64,000 nucleotides of DNA, from positions 1 through 64,000 of the forward strand of contig NIVC01003059.1 of assembly GCA_002269645.1 (NCBI GenBank). The letters are read 5' to 3'. This DNA comes from Macrostomum lignano. Taxonomy: Eukaryota. Position numbers and translations under genes: made by a program. Below are positions 49,978-63,962 of this stretch, in pieces. The notes beneath the pieces were generated by a model. That model was not told the DNA's origin, searched no databases, and was given only the letters and a program-made list of their open reading frames with translations. The first letter of the stretch is position 1. Every line of letters begins with the position of its first letter.

Positions 49978-50096
49978 GGCAACGGCCATACCACGTTGAA
50001 AACACCGGTTCTCGTCTGATCACCGAAGTTAAGCAACGTTGGGTTTGGTTAGTACTTGGATGGGTGACCGCCTGGGAATACCAAATGCTGTTGTCT
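49978..50096 (+). rRNA. 5S rRNA
   Basis: Array copy. Confidence 0.98.
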
Positions 50097-50672
50097 TTTT
50101 TGCCTCTTTAACTGCATGCCGCGCGCTCATCAACTAACTCCAGCTGCTGCATGCATTAATACTTAGGCCCAGGCCCACTAATCCGCCCGCGCCCGCCAAC
50201 TGGATTGGATGCTGCTTGAATTTTTACCATACGGGCATACGGCATAGGTGTCTGCTGATTCCTTCCTTTCGAGTTCCACTCCACTCTATCAAGTCAAGGG
50301 ATTCGATTCGCGTTTCATATTTTGTATGCGCACTTTGCATTTGCACGCGGTAACGCTAATGCACTTATGCACTGTGTATTAATAGTTTTACGAGTATCTC
50401 CATTTCTCACATGGGAATTTTACTTGATTTATAGCCATCAATCAATCAACTAGGAGGCGCGTTTGTGTGCACACTTTCTAAACATGTCGGCTAAAAGAAA
50501 GAAAGAAACTTTTTCGCGCAGCTCTTTTCAAGCTCTAGTGCAAAATAATGCTGCACTAGTCGGCAAAACTTACTTGGAGTAGATAAAGTTCAACAAAATA
50601 ATTTGCCCTAGGGCTCGAGGCTCAAACGGAGAGCTGTGCACTCAGTGAGAGCCGGTTCCAGCTCGTCTCTTT

Positions 50673-50786
50673 GCCGTATCGACGGTCTCTTACTGCGAAG
50701 ACTCTTAATTTTGCATGGTAAGACACCGCGTGGATCCAATTGAGCGATCTACTCAATTTTTGACAAGCCGCGCTACCGCGGCTGCC
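50673..50786 (+). ncRNA. SL RNA gene
   Basis: Array copy. Confidence 0.9.
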
Positions 50787-51624
50787 TAACAAAGCTAAAG
50801 ACAACATCAATTAATTATAGTTGGTTGATTGTAATTCTGGATTTAGCGTGTCCTACTAATTATTTTAAACTAAATATTCTATTTACCCGCAAGTTGTAAA
50901 TTAGTTGTTGCACCATTATAGCATAGCATGATATAGCGCGCATATGCATCGCGGTGTACAGAGGCTATACTAGGCTATACTAGATCTCTTCGAGTTGCAA
51001 TAATCAAATGTAATTTCTTAGATCGCTCTATGCGTGCGGATGTGCATATGTACATGTACAACTTTGTTGATGGCGCCAACAATGAATTATACTCAGCAAC
51101 ATTGAAAAGTCGCCATCACAGAAGATTCCGTCTGTGGTCGCCACTTTTGAGAGAGTGCAGGTAAAGTCTCTCTCAATATTTGCGAGCGACGCAACTCAGC
51201 TACGCCACGGCAGACTTGAGTTGAGGAATGGAGTGGGGGAGCGGTGTGCGAGGTTTGGACGGATCAAAGCTACCCCGATCAGTTTTTCTGGCATCTTTTA
51301 TTTCAGAATAGTCCAAGACAAATTGATCACTGGCGCATAGAGTGGCGACTTTTCAATGTTGCTGAGTATACAGAGTCAAGCTGGACTGTACGCGTTACTG
51401 TTTGCGTTGAGCTAGTTAGGTTGACTTTGACTTGACTGCAAATCACCACTATAGTTCACTATATACTACGAGCGCGGTAAATCCGTCCGCATTACTAATT
51501 ATATATTACAATAATTAGAGTATAGACGAGAGGCGGCCCACACAATTGATCCGTACCGTATGGTCCGTATATACATGTAGCTGCAGGTTCAGGTTAATTA
51601 TGAGCTCAGCTCCTATCAGCCAGT

Positions 51625-51743
51625 GGCAACGGCCATACCACGTTGAAAACACCGGTTCTCGTCTGATCACCGAAGTTAAGCAACGTTGGGTTTGGTTAGT
51701 ACTTGGATGGGTGACCGCCTGGGAATACCAAATGCTGTTGTCT
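51625..51743 (+). rRNA. 5S rRNA
   Basis: Array copy. Confidence 0.98.
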
Positions 51744-52319
51744 TTTTTGCCTCTTTAACTGCATGCCGCGCGCTCATCAACTAACTCCAGCTGCTGCATG
51801 CATTAATACTTAGGCCCAGGCCCACTAATCCGCCCGCGCCCGCCAACTGGATTGGATGCTGCTTGAATTTTTACCATACGGGCATACGGCATAGGTGTCT
51901 GCTGATTCCTTCCTTTCGAGTTCCACTCCACTCTATCAAGTCAAGGGATTCGATTCGCGTTTCATATTTTGTATGCGCACTTTGCATTTGCACGCGGTAA
52001 CGCTAATGCACTTATGCACTGTGTATTAATAGTTTTACGAGTATCTCCATTTCTCACATGGGAATTTTACTTGATTTATAGCCATCAATCAATCAACTAG
52101 GAGGCGCGTTTGTGTGCACACTTTCTAAACATGTCGGCTAAAAGAAAGAAAGAAACTTTTTCGCGCAGCTCTTTTCAAGCTCTAGTGCAAAATAATGCTG
52201 CACTAGTCGGCAAAACTTACTTGGAGTAGATAAAGTTCAACAAAATAATTTGCCCTAGGGCTCGAGGCTCAAACGGAGAGCTGTGCACTCAGTGAGAGCC
52301 GGTTCCAGCTCGTCTCTTT

Positions 52320-52433
52320 GCCGTATCGACGGTCTCTTACTGCGAAGACTCTTAATTTTGCATGGTAAGACACCGCGTGGATCCAATTGAGCGATCTACT
52401 CAATTTTTGACAAGCCGCGCTACCGCGGCTGCC
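52320..52433 (+). ncRNA. SL RNA gene
   Basis: Array copy. Confidence 0.9.
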
Positions 52434-53271
52434 TAACAAAGCTAAAGACAACATCAATTAATTATAGTTGGTTGATTGTAATTCTGGATTTAGCGTGTCC
52501 TACTAATTATTTTAAACTAAATATTCTATTTACCCGCAAGTTGTAAATTAGTTGTTGCACCATTATAGCATAGCATGATATAGCGCGCATATGCATCGCG
52601 GTGTACAGAGGCTATACTAGGCTATACTAGATCTCTTCGAGTTGCAATAATCAAATGTAATTTCTTAGATCGCTCTATGCGTGCGGATGTGCATATGTAC
52701 ATGTACAACTTTGTTGATGGCGCCAACAATGAATTATACTCAGCAACATTGAAAAGTCGCCATCACAGAAGATTCCGTCTGTGGTCGCCACTTTTGAGAG
52801 AGTGCAGGTAAAGTCTCTCTCAATATTTGCGAGCGACGCAACTCAGCTACGCCACGGCAGACTTGAGTTGAGGAATGGAGTGGGGGAGCGGTGTGCGAGG
52901 TTTGGACGGATCAAAGCTACCCCGATCAGTTTTTCTGGCATCTTTTATTTCAGAATAGTCCAAGACAAATTGATCACTGGCGCATAGAGTGGCGACTTTT
53001 CAATGTTGCTGAGTATACAGAGTCAAGCTGGACTGTACGCGTTACTGTTTGCGTTGAGCTAGTTAGGTTGACTTTGACTTGACTGCAAATCACCACTATA
53101 GTTCACTATATACTACGAGCGCGGTAAATCCGTCCGCATTACTAATTATATATTACAATAATTAGAGTATAGACGAGAGGCGGCCCACACAATTGATCCG
53201 TACCGTATGGTCCGTATATACATGTAGCTGCAGGTTCAGGTTAATTATGAGCTCAGCTCCTATCAGCCAGT

Positions 53272-53390
53272 GGCAACGGCCATACCACGTTGAAAACACC
53301 GGTTCTCGTCTGATCACCGAAGTTAAGCAACGTTGGGTTTGGTTAGTACTTGGATGGGTGACCGCCTGGGAATACCAAATGCTGTTGTCT
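53272..53390 (+). rRNA. 5S rRNA
   Basis: Array copy. Confidence 0.98.
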
Positions 53391-53966
53391 TTTTTGCCTC
53401 TTTAACTGCATGCCGCGCGCTCATCAACTAACTCCAGCTGCTGCATGCATTAATACTTAGGCCCAGGCCCACTAATCCGCCCGCGCCCGCCAACTGGATT
53501 GGATGCTGCTTGAATTTTTACCATACGGGCATACGGCATAGGTGTCTGCTGATTCCTTCCTTTCGAGTTCCACTCCACTCTATCAAGTCAAGGGATTCGA
53601 TTCGCGTTTCATATTTTGTATGCGCACTTTGCATTTGCACGCGGTAACGCTAATGCACTTATGCACTGTGTATTAATAGTTTTACGAGTATCTCCATTTC
53701 TCACATGGGAATTTTACTTGATTTATAGCCATCAATCAATCAACTAGGAGGCGCGTTTGTGTGCACACTTTCTAAACATGTCGGCTAAAAGAAAGAAAGA
53801 AACTTTTTCGCGCAGCTCTTTTCAAGCTCTAGTGCAAAATAATGCTGCACTAGTCGGCAAAACTTACTTGGAGTAGATAAAGTTCAACAAAATAATTTGC
53901 CCTAGGGCTCGAGGCTCAAACGGAGAGCTGTGCACTCAGTGAGAGCCGGTTCCAGCTCGTCTCTTT

Positions 53967-54080
53967 GCCGTATCGACGGTCTCTTACTGCGAAGACTCTT
54001 AATTTTGCATGGTAAGACACCGCGTGGATCCAATTGAGCGATCTACTCAATTTTTGACAAGCCGCGCTACCGCGGCTGCC
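53967..54080 (+). ncRNA. SL RNA gene
   Basis: Array copy. Confidence 0.9.
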
Positions 54081-54918
54081 TAACAAAGCTAAAGACAACA
54101 TCAATTAATTATAGTTGGTTGATTGTAATTCTGGATTTAGCGTGTCCTACTAATTATTTTAAACTAAATATTCTATTTACCCGCAAGTTGTAAATTAGTT
54201 GTTGCACCATTATAGCATAGCATGATATAGCGCGCATATGCATCGCGGTGTACAGAGGCTATACTAGGCTATACTAGATCTCTTCGAGTTGCAATAATCA
54301 AATGTAATTTCTTAGATCGCTCTATGCGTGCGGATGTGCATATGTACATGTACAACTTTGTTGATGGCGCCAACAATGAATTATACTCAGCAACATTGAA
54401 AAGTCGCCATCACAGAAGATTCCGTCTGTGGTCGCCACTTTTGAGAGAGTGCAGGTAAAGTCTCTCTCAATATTTGCGAGCGACGCAACTCAGCTACGCC
54501 ACGGCAGACTTGAGTTGAGGAATGGAGTGGGGGAGCGGTGTGCGAGGTTTGGACGGATCAAAGCTACCCCGATCAGTTTTTCTGGCATCTTTTATTTCAG
54601 AATAGTCCAAGACAAATTGATCACTGGCGCATAGAGTGGCGACTTTTCAATGTTGCTGAGTATACAGAGTCAAGCTGGACTGTACGCGTTACTGTTTGCG
54701 TTGAGCTAGTTAGGTTGACTTTGACTTGACTGCAAATCACCACTATAGTTCACTATATACTACGAGCGCGGTAAATCCGTCCGCATTACTAATTATATAT
54801 TACAATAATTAGAGTATAGACGAGAGGCGGCCCACACAATTGATCCGTACCGTATGGTCCGTATATACATGTAGCTGCAGGTTCAGGTTAATTATGAGCT
54901 CAGCTCCTATCAGCCAGT

Positions 54919-55037
54919 GGCAACGGCCATACCACGTTGAAAACACCGGTTCTCGTCTGATCACCGAAGTTAAGCAACGTTGGGTTTGGTTAGTACTTGG
55001 ATGGGTGACCGCCTGGGAATACCAAATGCTGTTGTCT
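54919..55037 (+). rRNA. 5S rRNA
   Basis: Array copy. Confidence 0.98.
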
Positions 55038-55613
55038 TTTTTGCCTCTTTAACTGCATGCCGCGCGCTCATCAACTAACTCCAGCTGCTGCATGCATTAA
55101 TACTTAGGCCCAGGCCCACTAATCCGCCCGCGCCCGCCAACTGGATTGGATGCTGCTTGAATTTTTACCATACGGGCATACGGCATAGGTGTCTGCTGAT
55201 TCCTTCCTTTCGAGTTCCACTCCACTCTATCAAGTCAAGGGATTCGATTCGCGTTTCATATTTTGTATGCGCACTTTGCATTTGCACGCGGTAACGCTAA
55301 TGCACTTATGCACTGTGTATTAATAGTTTTACGAGTATCTCCATTTCTCACATGGGAATTTTACTTGATTTATAGCCATCAATCAATCAACTAGGAGGCG
55401 CGTTTGTGTGCACACTTTCTAAACATGTCGGCTAAAAGAAAGAAAGAAACTTTTTCGCGCAGCTCTTTTCAAGCTCTAGTGCAAAATAATGCTGCACTAG
55501 TCGGCAAAACTTACTTGGAGTAGATAAAGTTCAACAAAATAATTTGCCCTAGGGCTCGAGGCTCAAACGGAGAGCTGTGCACTCAGTGAGAGCCGGTTCC
55601 AGCTCGTCTCTTT

Positions 55614-55727
55614 GCCGTATCGACGGTCTCTTACTGCGAAGACTCTTAATTTTGCATGGTAAGACACCGCGTGGATCCAATTGAGCGATCTACTCAATTT
55701 TTGACAAGCCGCGCTACCGCGGCTGCC
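55614..55727 (+). ncRNA. SL RNA gene
   Basis: Array copy. Confidence 0.9.
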
Positions 55728-56565
55728 TAACAAAGCTAAAGACAACATCAATTAATTATAGTTGGTTGATTGTAATTCTGGATTTAGCGTGTCCTACTAA
55801 TTATTTTAAACTAAATATTCTATTTACCCGCAAGTTGTAAATTAGTTGTTGCACCATTATAGCATAGCATGATATAGCGCGCATATGCATCGCGGTGTAC
55901 AGAGGCTATACTAGGCTATACTAGATCTCTTCGAGTTGCAATAATCAAATGTAATTTCTTAGATCGCTCTATGCGTGCGGATGTGCATATGTACATGTAC
56001 AACTTTGTTGATGGCGCCAACAATGAATTATACTCAGCAACATTGAAAAGTCGCCATCACAGAAGATTCCGTCTGTGGTCGCCACTTTTGAGAGAGTGCA
56101 GGTAAAGTCTCTCTCAATATTTGCGAGCGACGCAACTCAGCTACGCCACGGCAGACTTGAGTTGAGGAATGGAGTGGGGGAGCGGTGTGCGAGGTTTGGA
56201 CGGATCAAAGCTACCCCGATCAGTTTTTCTGGCATCTTTTATTTCAGAATAGTCCAAGACAAATTGATCACTGGCGCATAGAGTGGCGACTTTTCAATGT
56301 TGCTGAGTATACAGAGTCAAGCTGGACTGTACGCGTTACTGTTTGCGTTGAGCTAGTTAGGTTGACTTTGACTTGACTGCAAATCACCACTATAGTTCAC
56401 TATATACTACGAGCGCGGTAAATCCGTCCGCATTACTAATTATATATTACAATAATTAGAGTATAGACGAGAGGCGGCCCACACAATTGATCCGTACCGT
56501 ATGGTCCGTATATACATGTAGCTGCAGGTTCAGGTTAATTATGAGCTCAGCTCCTATCAGCCAGT

Positions 56566-56684
56566 GGCAACGGCCATACCACGTTGAAAACACCGGTTCT
56601 CGTCTGATCACCGAAGTTAAGCAACGTTGGGTTTGGTTAGTACTTGGATGGGTGACCGCCTGGGAATACCAAATGCTGTTGTCT
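56566..56684 (+). rRNA. 5S rRNA
   Basis: Array copy. Confidence 0.98.
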
Positions 56685-57260
56685 TTTTTGCCTCTTTAAC
56701 TGCATGCCGCGCGCTCATCAACTAACTCCAGCTGCTGCATGCATTAATACTTAGGCCCAGGCCCACTAATCCGCCCGCGCCCGCCAACTGGATTGGATGC
56801 TGCTTGAATTTTTACCATACGGGCATACGGCATAGGTGTCTGCTGATTCCTTCCTTTCGAGTTCCACTCCACTCTATCAAGTCAAGGGATTCGATTCGCG
56901 TTTCATATTTTGTATGCGCACTTTGCATTTGCACGCGGTAACGCTAATGCACTTATGCACTGTGTATTAATAGTTTTACGAGTATCTCCATTTCTCACAT
57001 GGGAATTTTACTTGATTTATAGCCATCAATCAATCAACTAGGAGGCGCGTTTGTGTGCACACTTTCTAAACATGTCGGCTAAAAGAAAGAAAGAAACTTT
57101 TTCGCGCAGCTCTTTTCAAGCTCTAGTGCAAAATAATGCTGCACTAGTCGGCAAAACTTACTTGGAGTAGATAAAGTTCAACAAAATAATTTGCCCTAGG
57201 GCTCGAGGCTCAAACGGAGAGCTGTGCACTCAGTGAGAGCCGGTTCCAGCTCGTCTCTTT

Positions 57261-57374
57261 GCCGTATCGACGGTCTCTTACTGCGAAGACTCTTAATTTT
57301 GCATGGTAAGACACCGCGTGGATCCAATTGAGCGATCTACTCAATTTTTGACAAGCCGCGCTACCGCGGCTGCC
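57261..57374 (+). ncRNA. SL RNA gene
   Basis: Array copy. Confidence 0.9.
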
Positions 57375-58212
57375 TAACAAAGCTAAAGACAACATCAATT
57401 AATTATAGTTGGTTGATTGTAATTCTGGATTTAGCGTGTCCTACTAATTATTTTAAACTAAATATTCTATTTACCCGCAAGTTGTAAATTAGTTGTTGCA
57501 CCATTATAGCATAGCATGATATAGCGCGCATATGCATCGCGGTGTACAGAGGCTATACTAGGCTATACTAGATCTCTTCGAGTTGCAATAATCAAATGTA
57601 ATTTCTTAGATCGCTCTATGCGTGCGGATGTGCATATGTACATGTACAACTTTGTTGATGGCGCCAACAATGAATTATACTCAGCAACATTGAAAAGTCG
57701 CCATCACAGAAGATTCCGTCTGTGGTCGCCACTTTTGAGAGAGTGCAGGTAAAGTCTCTCTCAATATTTGCGAGCGACGCAACTCAGCTACGCCACGGCA
57801 GACTTGAGTTGAGGAATGGAGTGGGGGAGCGGTGTGCGAGGTTTGGACGGATCAAAGCTACCCCGATCAGTTTTTCTGGCATCTTTTATTTCAGAATAGT
57901 CCAAGACAAATTGATCACTGGCGCATAGAGTGGCGACTTTTCAATGTTGCTGAGTATACAGAGTCAAGCTGGACTGTACGCGTTACTGTTTGCGTTGAGC
58001 TAGTTAGGTTGACTTTGACTTGACTGCAAATCACCACTATAGTTCACTATATACTACGAGCGCGGTAAATCCGTCCGCATTACTAATTATATATTACAAT
58101 AATTAGAGTATAGACGAGAGGCGGCCCACACAATTGATCCGTACCGTATGGTCCGTATATACATGTAGCTGCAGGTTCAGGTTAATTATGAGCTCAGCTC
58201 CTATCAGCCAGT

Positions 58213-58331
58213 GGCAACGGCCATACCACGTTGAAAACACCGGTTCTCGTCTGATCACCGAAGTTAAGCAACGTTGGGTTTGGTTAGTACTTGGATGGGT
58301 GACCGCCTGGGAATACCAAATGCTGTTGTCT
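58213..58331 (+). rRNA. 5S rRNA
   Basis: Array copy. Confidence 0.98.
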
Positions 58332-58907
58332 TTTTTGCCTCTTTAACTGCATGCCGCGCGCTCATCAACTAACTCCAGCTGCTGCATGCATTAATACTTA
58401 GGCCCAGGCCCACTAATCCGCCCGCGCCCGCCAACTGGATTGGATGCTGCTTGAATTTTTACCATACGGGCATACGGCATAGGTGTCTGCTGATTCCTTC
58501 CTTTCGAGTTCCACTCCACTCTATCAAGTCAAGGGATTCGATTCGCGTTTCATATTTTGTATGCGCACTTTGCATTTGCACGCGGTAACGCTAATGCACT
58601 TATGCACTGTGTATTAATAGTTTTACGAGTATCTCCATTTCTCACATGGGAATTTTACTTGATTTATAGCCATCAATCAATCAACTAGGAGGCGCGTTTG
58701 TGTGCACACTTTCTAAACATGTCGGCTAAAAGAAAGAAAGAAACTTTTTCGCGCAGCTCTTTTCAAGCTCTAGTGCAAAATAATGCTGCACTAGTCGGCA
58801 AAACTTACTTGGAGTAGATAAAGTTCAACAAAATAATTTGCCCTAGGGCTCGAGGCTCAAACGGAGAGCTGTGCACTCAGTGAGAGCCGGTTCCAGCTCG
58901 TCTCTTT

Positions 58908-59021
58908 GCCGTATCGACGGTCTCTTACTGCGAAGACTCTTAATTTTGCATGGTAAGACACCGCGTGGATCCAATTGAGCGATCTACTCAATTTTTGACA
59001 AGCCGCGCTACCGCGGCTGCC
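58908..59021 (+). ncRNA. SL RNA gene
   Basis: Array copy. Confidence 0.9.
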
Positions 59022-59859
59022 TAACAAAGCTAAAGACAACATCAATTAATTATAGTTGGTTGATTGTAATTCTGGATTTAGCGTGTCCTACTAATTATTT
59101 TAAACTAAATATTCTATTTACCCGCAAGTTGTAAATTAGTTGTTGCACCATTATAGCATAGCATGATATAGCGCGCATATGCATCGCGGTGTACAGAGGC
59201 TATACTAGGCTATACTAGATCTCTTCGAGTTGCAATAATCAAATGTAATTTCTTAGATCGCTCTATGCGTGCGGATGTGCATATGTACATGTACAACTTT
59301 GTTGATGGCGCCAACAATGAATTATACTCAGCAACATTGAAAAGTCGCCATCACAGAAGATTCCGTCTGTGGTCGCCACTTTTGAGAGAGTGCAGGTAAA
59401 GTCTCTCTCAATATTTGCGAGCGACGCAACTCAGCTACGCCACGGCAGACTTGAGTTGAGGAATGGAGTGGGGGAGCGGTGTGCGAGGTTTGGACGGATC
59501 AAAGCTACCCCGATCAGTTTTTCTGGCATCTTTTATTTCAGAATAGTCCAAGACAAATTGATCACTGGCGCATAGAGTGGCGACTTTTCAATGTTGCTGA
59601 GTATACAGAGTCAAGCTGGACTGTACGCGTTACTGTTTGCGTTGAGCTAGTTAGGTTGACTTTGACTTGACTGCAAATCACCACTATAGTTCACTATATA
59701 CTACGAGCGCGGTAAATCCGTCCGCATTACTAATTATATATTACAATAATTAGAGTATAGACGAGAGGCGGCCCACACAATTGATCCGTACCGTATGGTC
59801 CGTATATACATGTAGCTGCAGGTTCAGGTTAATTATGAGCTCAGCTCCTATCAGCCAGT

Positions 59860-59978
59860 GGCAACGGCCATACCACGTTGAAAACACCGGTTCTCGTCTG
59901 ATCACCGAAGTTAAGCAACGTTGGGTTTGGTTAGTACTTGGATGGGTGACCGCCTGGGAATACCAAATGCTGTTGTCT
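59860..59978 (+). rRNA. 5S rRNA
   Basis: Array copy. Confidence 0.98.
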
Positions 59979-60554
59979 TTTTTGCCTCTTTAACTGCATG
60001 CCGCGCGCTCATCAACTAACTCCAGCTGCTGCATGCATTAATACTTAGGCCCAGGCCCACTAATCCGCCCGCGCCCGCCAACTGGATTGGATGCTGCTTG
60101 AATTTTTACCATACGGGCATACGGCATAGGTGTCTGCTGATTCCTTCCTTTCGAGTTCCACTCCACTCTATCAAGTCAAGGGATTCGATTCGCGTTTCAT
60201 ATTTTGTATGCGCACTTTGCATTTGCACGCGGTAACGCTAATGCACTTATGCACTGTGTATTAATAGTTTTACGAGTATCTCCATTTCTCACATGGGAAT
60301 TTTACTTGATTTATAGCCATCAATCAATCAACTAGGAGGCGCGTTTGTGTGCACACTTTCTAAACATGTCGGCTAAAAGAAAGAAAGAAACTTTTTCGCG
60401 CAGCTCTTTTCAAGCTCTAGTGCAAAATAATGCTGCACTAGTCGGCAAAACTTACTTGGAGTAGATAAAGTTCAACAAAATAATTTGCCCTAGGGCTCGA
60501 GGCTCAAACGGAGAGCTGTGCACTCAGTGAGAGCCGGTTCCAGCTCGTCTCTTT

Positions 60555-60668
60555 GCCGTATCGACGGTCTCTTACTGCGAAGACTCTTAATTTTGCATGG
60601 TAAGACACCGCGTGGATCCAATTGAGCGATCTACTCAATTTTTGACAAGCCGCGCTACCGCGGCTGCC
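60555..60668 (+). ncRNA. SL RNA gene
   Basis: Array copy. Confidence 0.9.
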
Positions 60669-61506
60669 TAACAAAGCTAAAGACAACATCAATTAATTAT
60701 AGTTGGTTGATTGTAATTCTGGATTTAGCGTGTCCTACTAATTATTTTAAACTAAATATTCTATTTACCCGCAAGTTGTAAATTAGTTGTTGCACCATTA
60801 TAGCATAGCATGATATAGCGCGCATATGCATCGCGGTGTACAGAGGCTATACTAGGCTATACTAGATCTCTTCGAGTTGCAATAATCAAATGTAATTTCT
60901 TAGATCGCTCTATGCGTGCGGATGTGCATATGTACATGTACAACTTTGTTGATGGCGCCAACAATGAATTATACTCAGCAACATTGAAAAGTCGCCATCA
61001 CAGAAGATTCCGTCTGTGGTCGCCACTTTTGAGAGAGTGCAGGTAAAGTCTCTCTCAATATTTGCGAGCGACGCAACTCAGCTACGCCACGGCAGACTTG
61101 AGTTGAGGAATGGAGTGGGGGAGCGGTGTGCGAGGTTTGGACGGATCAAAGCTACCCCGATCAGTTTTTCTGGCATCTTTTATTTCAGAATAGTCCAAGA
61201 CAAATTGATCACTGGCGCATAGAGTGGCGACTTTTCAATGTTGCTGAGTATACAGAGTCAAGCTGGACTGTACGCGTTACTGTTTGCGTTGAGCTAGTTA
61301 GGTTGACTTTGACTTGACTGCAAATCACCACTATAGTTCACTATATACTACGAGCGCGGTAAATCCGTCCGCATTACTAATTATATATTACAATAATTAG
61401 AGTATAGACGAGAGGCGGCCCACACAATTGATCCGTACCGTATGGTCCGTATATACATGTAGCTGCAGGTTCAGGTTAATTATGAGCTCAGCTCCTATCA
61501 GCCAGT

Positions 61507-61625
61507 GGCAACGGCCATACCACGTTGAAAACACCGGTTCTCGTCTGATCACCGAAGTTAAGCAACGTTGGGTTTGGTTAGTACTTGGATGGGTGACCGC
61601 CTGGGAATACCAAATGCTGTTGTCT
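61507..61625 (+). rRNA. 5S rRNA
   Basis: Array copy. Confidence 0.98.
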
Positions 61626-62201
61626 TTTTTGCCTCTTTAACTGCATGCCGCGCGCTCATCAACTAACTCCAGCTGCTGCATGCATTAATACTTAGGCCCA
61701 GGCCCACTAATCCGCCCGCGCCCGCCAACTGGATTGGATGCTGCTTGAATTTTTACCATACGGGCATACGGCATAGGTGTCTGCTGATTCCTTCCTTTCG
61801 AGTTCCACTCCACTCTATCAAGTCAAGGGATTCGATTCGCGTTTCATATTTTGTATGCGCACTTTGCATTTGCACGCGGTAACGCTAATGCACTTATGCA
61901 CTGTGTATTAATAGTTTTACGAGTATCTCCATTTCTCACATGGGAATTTTACTTGATTTATAGCCATCAATCAATCAACTAGGAGGCGCGTTTGTGTGCA
62001 CACTTTCTAAACATGTCGGCTAAAAGAAAGAAAGAAACTTTTTCGCGCAGCTCTTTTCAAGCTCTAGTGCAAAATAATGCTGCACTAGTCGGCAAAACTT
62101 ACTTGGAGTAGATAAAGTTCAACAAAATAATTTGCCCTAGGGCTCGAGGCTCAAACGGAGAGCTGTGCACTCAGTGAGAGCCGGTTCCAGCTCGTCTCTT
62201 T

Positions 62202-62315
62202 GCCGTATCGACGGTCTCTTACTGCGAAGACTCTTAATTTTGCATGGTAAGACACCGCGTGGATCCAATTGAGCGATCTACTCAATTTTTGACAAGCCGC
62301 GCTACCGCGGCTGCC
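62202..62315 (+). ncRNA. SL RNA gene
   Basis: Array copy. Confidence 0.9.
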
Positions 62316-63153
62316 TAACAAAGCTAAAGACAACATCAATTAATTATAGTTGGTTGATTGTAATTCTGGATTTAGCGTGTCCTACTAATTATTTTAAACT
62401 AAATATTCTATTTACCCGCAAGTTGTAAATTAGTTGTTGCACCATTATAGCATAGCATGATATAGCGCGCATATGCATCGCGGTGTACAGAGGCTATACT
62501 AGGCTATACTAGATCTCTTCGAGTTGCAATAATCAAATGTAATTTCTTAGATCGCTCTATGCGTGCGGATGTGCATATGTACATGTACAACTTTGTTGAT
62601 GGCGCCAACAATGAATTATACTCAGCAACATTGAAAAGTCGCCATCACAGAAGATTCCGTCTGTGGTCGCCACTTTTGAGAGAGTGCAGGTAAAGTCTCT
62701 CTCAATATTTGCGAGCGACGCAACTCAGCTACGCCACGGCAGACTTGAGTTGAGGAATGGAGTGGGGGAGCGGTGTGCGAGGTTTGGACGGATCAAAGCT
62801 ACCCCGATCAGTTTTTCTGGCATCTTTTATTTCAGAATAGTCCAAGACAAATTGATCACTGGCGCATAGAGTGGCGACTTTTCAATGTTGCTGAGTATAC
62901 AGAGTCAAGCTGGACTGTACGCGTTACTGTTTGCGTTGAGCTAGTTAGGTTGACTTTGACTTGACTGCAAATCACCACTATAGTTCACTATATACTACGA
63001 GCGCGGTAAATCCGTCCGCATTACTAATTATATATTACAATAATTAGAGTATAGACGAGAGGCGGCCCACACAATTGATCCGTACCGTATGGTCCGTATA
63101 TACATGTAGCTGCAGGTTCAGGTTAATTATGAGCTCAGCTCCTATCAGCCAGT

Positions 63154-63272
63154 GGCAACGGCCATACCACGTTGAAAACACCGGTTCTCGTCTGATCACC
63201 GAAGTTAAGCAACGTTGGGTTTGGTTAGTACTTGGATGGGTGACCGCCTGGGAATACCAAATGCTGTTGTCT
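63154..63272 (+). rRNA. 5S rRNA
   Basis: Array copy. Confidence 0.98.
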
Positions 63273-63848
63273 TTTTTGCCTCTTTAACTGCATGCCGCGC
63301 GCTCATCAACTAACTCCAGCTGCTGCATGCATTAATACTTAGGCCCAGGCCCACTAATCCGCCCGCGCCCGCCAACTGGATTGGATGCTGCTTGAATTTT
63401 TACCATACGGGCATACGGCATAGGTGTCTGCTGATTCCTTCCTTTCGAGTTCCACTCCACTCTATCAAGTCAAGGGATTCGATTCGCGTTTCATATTTTG
63501 TATGCGCACTTTGCATTTGCACGCGGTAACGCTAATGCACTTATGCACTGTGTATTAATAGTTTTACGAGTATCTCCATTTCTCACATGGGAATTTTACT
63601 TGATTTATAGCCATCAATCAATCAACTAGGAGGCGCGTTTGTGTGCACACTTTCTAAACATGTCGGCTAAAAGAAAGAAAGAAACTTTTTCGCGCAGCTC
63701 TTTTCAAGCTCTAGTGCAAAATAATGCTGCACTAGTCGGCAAAACTTACTTGGAGTAGATAAAGTTCAACAAAATAATTTGCCCTAGGGCTCGAGGCTCA
63801 AACGGAGAGCTGTGCACTCAGTGAGAGCCGGTTCCAGCTCGTCTCTTT

Positions 63849-63962
63849 GCCGTATCGACGGTCTCTTACTGCGAAGACTCTTAATTTTGCATGGTAAGAC
63901 ACCGCGTGGATCCAATTGAGCGATCTACTCAATTTTTGACAAGCCGCGCTACCGCGGCTGCC
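63849..63962 (+). ncRNA. SL RNA gene
   Basis: Array copy. Confidence 0.9.
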